Positions 59,749-64,000 of a DNA stretch of 64,000 nt are shown here, piece by piece (positions within the stretch are counted from its first letter, which is position 1; every line of letters starts with the position of its first letter). Under the pieces are notes generated by a model. That model did no database searches and was not told where the DNA came from. It was given only the letters and a program-made list of their open reading frames with translations. The stretch covers positions 97,154,001 through 97,218,000 of the forward strand of contig NC_043005.1 in assembly GCF_006345805.1 (NCBI RefSeq). The letters run 5' to 3'. Origin of the DNA: Octopus sinensis. Taxonomy: Eukaryota. Both the position numbers and the translations under genes were made by a program.

Positions 59749-61963
59749 CTAGCTGAAGGTGACCCGCTCTACGCGCGGGTAAGAGTGTGGTTGTTACTTT
59801 CTGTTGCTTCCTTTCAGCACGTAAAAAGCACCATCCGAACGTGGCCGATTGCAGCGCCGCCTTGACTTACTTCTGTGCCGGTGGCACGTAAAAAGCAGCA
59901 ACCGATCGTTGCCGCTACGAGCCCCCCTGGCACCTGTGCCGGCGGCACGAAAAAAGCACCCACTACACTCACAGAGTGGTTGGCGTTAGGAAGGTCATCC
60001 ACCTGTAGAAACACTGCCAGATCAGACTGGAGCCTGGTGCAGCCTCCTGGCTTCCCAGACCCCGGTCAAACTGTCCAACCCGTGCTAGCACGGAAAACGG
60101 ACGTTAAACGATGATGATGATGATGATTCTCCGTCTTTGTTTCTCTCTCCTTTCTCTCTCACTTTCCCACTCTCTTACTTTTCTTTTTTCTCGGACTCTC
60201 CCTCGCTTTCTCTTACTCTCTATCTTTATCTATCTCTCTCCCATTTATAAACAACAGAAGATCTTGAGTAAGTTGAGAAATAAAATATTTAGAAAGATCA
60301 ATCATAAATATCAGACAGTGGCAACAGAAAGGTCTGCTTCAAGGCAGACAGCAAAACGCTGACATTTTAAAGGGACAGACGAACTTGCGAGCTGAATAAA
60401 AATAATAAAATATTGGAAACCAAAGTTTGAAGGGATAGAATCTGAGGATAGTAGAGTCACCATGGTTGGCATTTCTTAACGACGGACAACAACGTATTGA
60501 CAGCCCCATTTAGACCCCTTTTCACATTTTGGTTAATATAACCCGATTTCAATCGGGTCTACTGGGGCCACATTTTATAAGATGAGGAATTTTGTCCTAG
60601 AGGTGACGCCTTTCATTTGAGGTAAAAAAATAGTTGTCATGCAAACTTGCCAGCACTTTTAACATAGGTGTGCATATTTTCAGCTGAATCGACCGACTAC
60701 GTAATGCACACATTATATATATATATATATATGTATATATATGTGTGTGTGTGTGTGTGCACACATTATATATACAAATGTATACAAATGAGATATATAT
60801 CTGTATAAATTAAATTAGAGAGAAAACCACTAATAAGCAAATCAAACAGTGAAAAACCAAAAACAAAAACATTAAAAAAAATATAATATAGAAAATATAT
60901 CTTCTTTATATATAAAAGTGAAGTTGTGTGAGTGTCTGTCTCCTACGATTTAGATTCCTAACTACTCCCACATTTTGCGGTGCAGTTTAACCAAAACCGG
61001 GTAGTTTAACCAAAGTCGTGATTCATATCGAGCCCTTCTGGGTATTCCCGCGCGTCTACGATGAGTCTACGATTTTAAAAAAAATTTACCATAATTTTTT
61101 TCCATTTTAATGCATTTTTTCGCTATTATATAAGGGAAGTAACTCTCTAAAAATGTCTACGATGAGTCAACGATTTAAAAAAAAATTTACCATCATTTTT
61201 TTCCATTTTTAATGCATTTTTTTGCTATTTTTTTGCTATAACTCTCTAAAAATGCTTATATAGTTATTTCCCTTACAAACCCTCGCAACGCCGGGCGATA
61301 CTGCTAGTAAAATATAAAATTGAAAAATTTAAATTATTTAAATTGAAAATAAAAATTATTAAATTATATTTATAATTTGTTTAAAAATATATATAACTAT
61401 GAAAAAGTATGAAAAAGTTTAATATACATAAATACAGATATATACACTTTGTATATATACATTATATATACGTATTTATATATAGAACACACACACACAC
61501 ACATACATTATATATACATATTTATATATAGAACACACACACACACACACACACATATAAATGAACGCAAGAATATCTGATTCATAATATTTGTTCTCAT
61601 GCTCGTGTGTTGTTGGTGACAGACAGATACTTAAAAGAACGCCACCGAAGTGATGGGAAGGTAGGAAACAGAGTCAGTGAAAAAGAGAGGAAATAGCGAG
61701 AGTGACAGATACTTTAAATAACGGTAGTGGACTTATCAAAGTTATTTATGAGGGGGAGTAAGAGAGGGAAAGGAGGAAATAGCGTGAGTGAGGAAGATGG
61801 CCCCTAGCAACCACACCTTTTAAGATAGGGATTTCTAAGGTAGCCCACGAGCATCGTCACCTCATTCTACATGTCCCTGTAAATTTTGGAGCGAATCGGA
61901 CGGGACGTAGTGGCATTGAAAGCGATCCAAGCGGTAAAAACGCATTTCAGTTTTATACATAGA
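59749..61963 (-). mobile_element. Helitron-like H1 copy 4, with H2 nested inside
   Basis: A|CTAG plus hairpin at 59748-59780; 5' end TCTATGTATAAAACTG at 61963. Confidence 0.85.
60903..61307 (+). mobile_element. Helitron-like family H2, copy a
   Basis: TCTTTATATATAAAAGTG start; GCAACGCCGGGCGATACTG-CTAG|T end. Confidence 0.8.
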
Positions 61964-62159
61964 GAAGATATATAGAAGCTGGGGCTTTCCAATCAGTTGT
62001 TCATAGTTATCCTCTTTCATACATACATACATGCACACATACATACATGCATACATACATACATACATACATACATACATACATACATACATACATACAT
62101 ACATACATACATACGTGCATACATACGTATGTATGTATTTGTATGTATGTGTGTGTGTA

Positions 62160-62550
62160 TTCTTTTATTCTTTTACTTGTTTCAGTCATATGACTGCGGC
62201 CATGCTGGAGCGGCACATTAAAGGGTTTAGCCGATGAAACCGATCCCAGGACTTATTCTTTGTAAGTATAGTACATATTTTGTCGGTGCCTTTCTGTCGA
62301 ACCGCTTAGTTACGGGCAAATAAACACACCGGTAACGACCGTCAAGCGATGTTGGGGGACAAAGACAGACGCATTAATATATATATATATAACATACGAC
62401 AGGCTTCTTTCAGTTTCCGTCTACCAAATCCACTAACAAGGCTTTTGGTCAGTCCGTGGTTATAGCAGAAGACACTTGTCCAAGGTATTACGCAGTGGGA
62501 CTGAACCCGGAGCTATGTCGTTGGGAGGTATGCTTCTTACCACACAGCCA
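62160..62550 (-). mobile_element. SINE family A
   Basis: Reverse-complement match over head, core and tail. Confidence 0.8.
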
Positions 62551-62676
62551 CACCTGCGCCTATGTATGTATGTATGTATGTATGTATGTATGTATGTATG
62601 TACACGCCTGCTCATGTATGTATGTGTGTGTGTGTATGTATGTATGTCGGTGTGTATGTATGTGCGTATGTATGTA

Positions 62677-63311
62677 CTAGCAGTATCGCCCGGCGTTGCT
62701 CGGGTTTGTAAGGGAAATAACTATATAAGCATTTTTAGAGAGTTATAGCCAAAAAATAGCAAAAAATGCATTAAAAATGGAAAAAATATGATGGTAATTT
62801 TTTTTTAAATCGTTGACTCATCGTAGACATTTTTAGAGAGTTACTTCCCTTATATAATAGCGAAAAAATGCATTAAAATGGAAAAAAAAACGATGGTAAA
62901 TTTTTTTTTAAATCGTAGACTCATGTAGACGCTTTCTTAGCCATTTCTGTTTTGGTGTCTTCAAGCCATGAAGTCGTTGTTCTAAAAGAACACTGGTCTC
63001 CTTGACAACGCATTACGACGTTGATTTCCTTACACTCCCTTCCCCACAGGTGCAGGTGTGAGCGTGGACGCCAACTCCGCCGCCATCGACACACGAAAAA
63101 TTATGCATTAAAATGGAATAAAAAATTATGTTAAATATTTTTAAATCGTAGACTCATCGTAGACGCGCGCTAATATTCAGACGGGCTCGATATGAATCAC
63201 GACTATAAGCTACCCGAATTTGGTTAAACTGTACCGCAAAATGTGGGAGTAGTTAGGAATCTAAATCGAAGGGGACAGACACTCACACAACTACAGTTTT
63301 ATATATATAGA
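62677..63311 (-). mobile_element. Helitron-like family H2, copy b
   Basis: Minus strand: A|TCTATATATATAAAAC start at 63311; hairpin CCCGAGCAACGCCGGG plus CTAG|T at 62677. Confidence 0.85.
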
Positions 63312-63374
63312 TATACATAGCGCAGTAGTGGTGAGATGTGACAGCAAAGAAAAGCATACATTCACTCTCTGCAT

Positions 63375-63690
63375 GCAATTAGACTCGGAAAGTTCGTGAG
63401 GAACCCATTGACCCAATTTGCTGACTTTTCCGATAGCACACAGGTGTCAATGAATGGTTGAATGACCAAATCCAAGCTTCTCTGCTAGTTCCTCAACAGT
63501 TACGATGATATTTTGTTCCACCAGGGTTTTCAGGATGTCCTTGTCGAGTTCTACAGATCTTTCAGGATGAGGCTCGTCTTCTAGGCTGTAGTTTATGGCT
63601 CGGGATTTCTGGAACCACCATTGACACTGCCTTACGCTTATTGTCCAATCCCCATATACTGCATTAATATTTCTTGTACTTTGCACACAT
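63375..63690 (-). mobile_element. Mariner N-terminal fragment, same family as 45300-46400
   Basis: NINAVYGDWTISVRQCQWWFQK...LEDEPHP...KLGFGHSTIH. Confidence 0.85.
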
Positions 63691-64000
63691 TTATATTCTG
63701 TTATTCTTTTATATGTTTCAGCCTTGAGGTTGTGGCCATGCTGGATCATGTGTGTGTGTGTGTGTGTGTGTGTGTCTATCTGTCTGTCTGTATGTATATA
63801 TATGTATATGTATGTGTGTGAACAATAATATTTTCAACAGATGTGTTGCAAATGTATCTGATTGTTCTCAAGCTTCAATACTGTGTGTGTGTGTATGTGT
63901 GTGTGTGTATGTATGTATGTATATGTATGTATGTATGTATATGTATGTATGTATGTGTGTATGTATGTATGTGTGTGTGTATGTATGTGTGTGTATGTGT

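Overview
AT-rich, repeat-saturated animal genomic window, most consistent with an Octopus-type cephalopod genome. That assignment is inferred from the SINE families and microsatellite load and was not verified by a search. I recognise no host protein-coding gene, rRNA, tRNA gene or CRISPR array; most listed ORFs are microsatellite or antisense artefacts. The window holds: (1) a Penelope-like retroelement (PLE) with an uninterrupted 765-aa RT + GIY-YIG ORF, followed by a ~103-bp tandem array, a CCAAT/CRE/TATA-like promoter and a hammerhead ribozyme (HHR) with the compensatory U3-A8 core; (2) several other PLE-terminus fragments with hammerhead motifs, including a complete 82-nt HHR, a 332-bp tandem unit and an inverted HHR pair, plus a ~465-bp zero-spacer palindrome; (3) at least seven R4/Dong-type LINE copies, the intact-ended ones abutting (TAA)n; (4) three non-autonomous Helitron-like families, with a head-to-tail dimer, nesting and a filled/empty SINE-capture site; (5) many decayed mariner/Tc1 transposons, tRNA-derived SINEs and microsatellites; (6) one 100-N assembly gap. 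Element boundaries were read by eye and are approximate unless a terminal motif is quoted.
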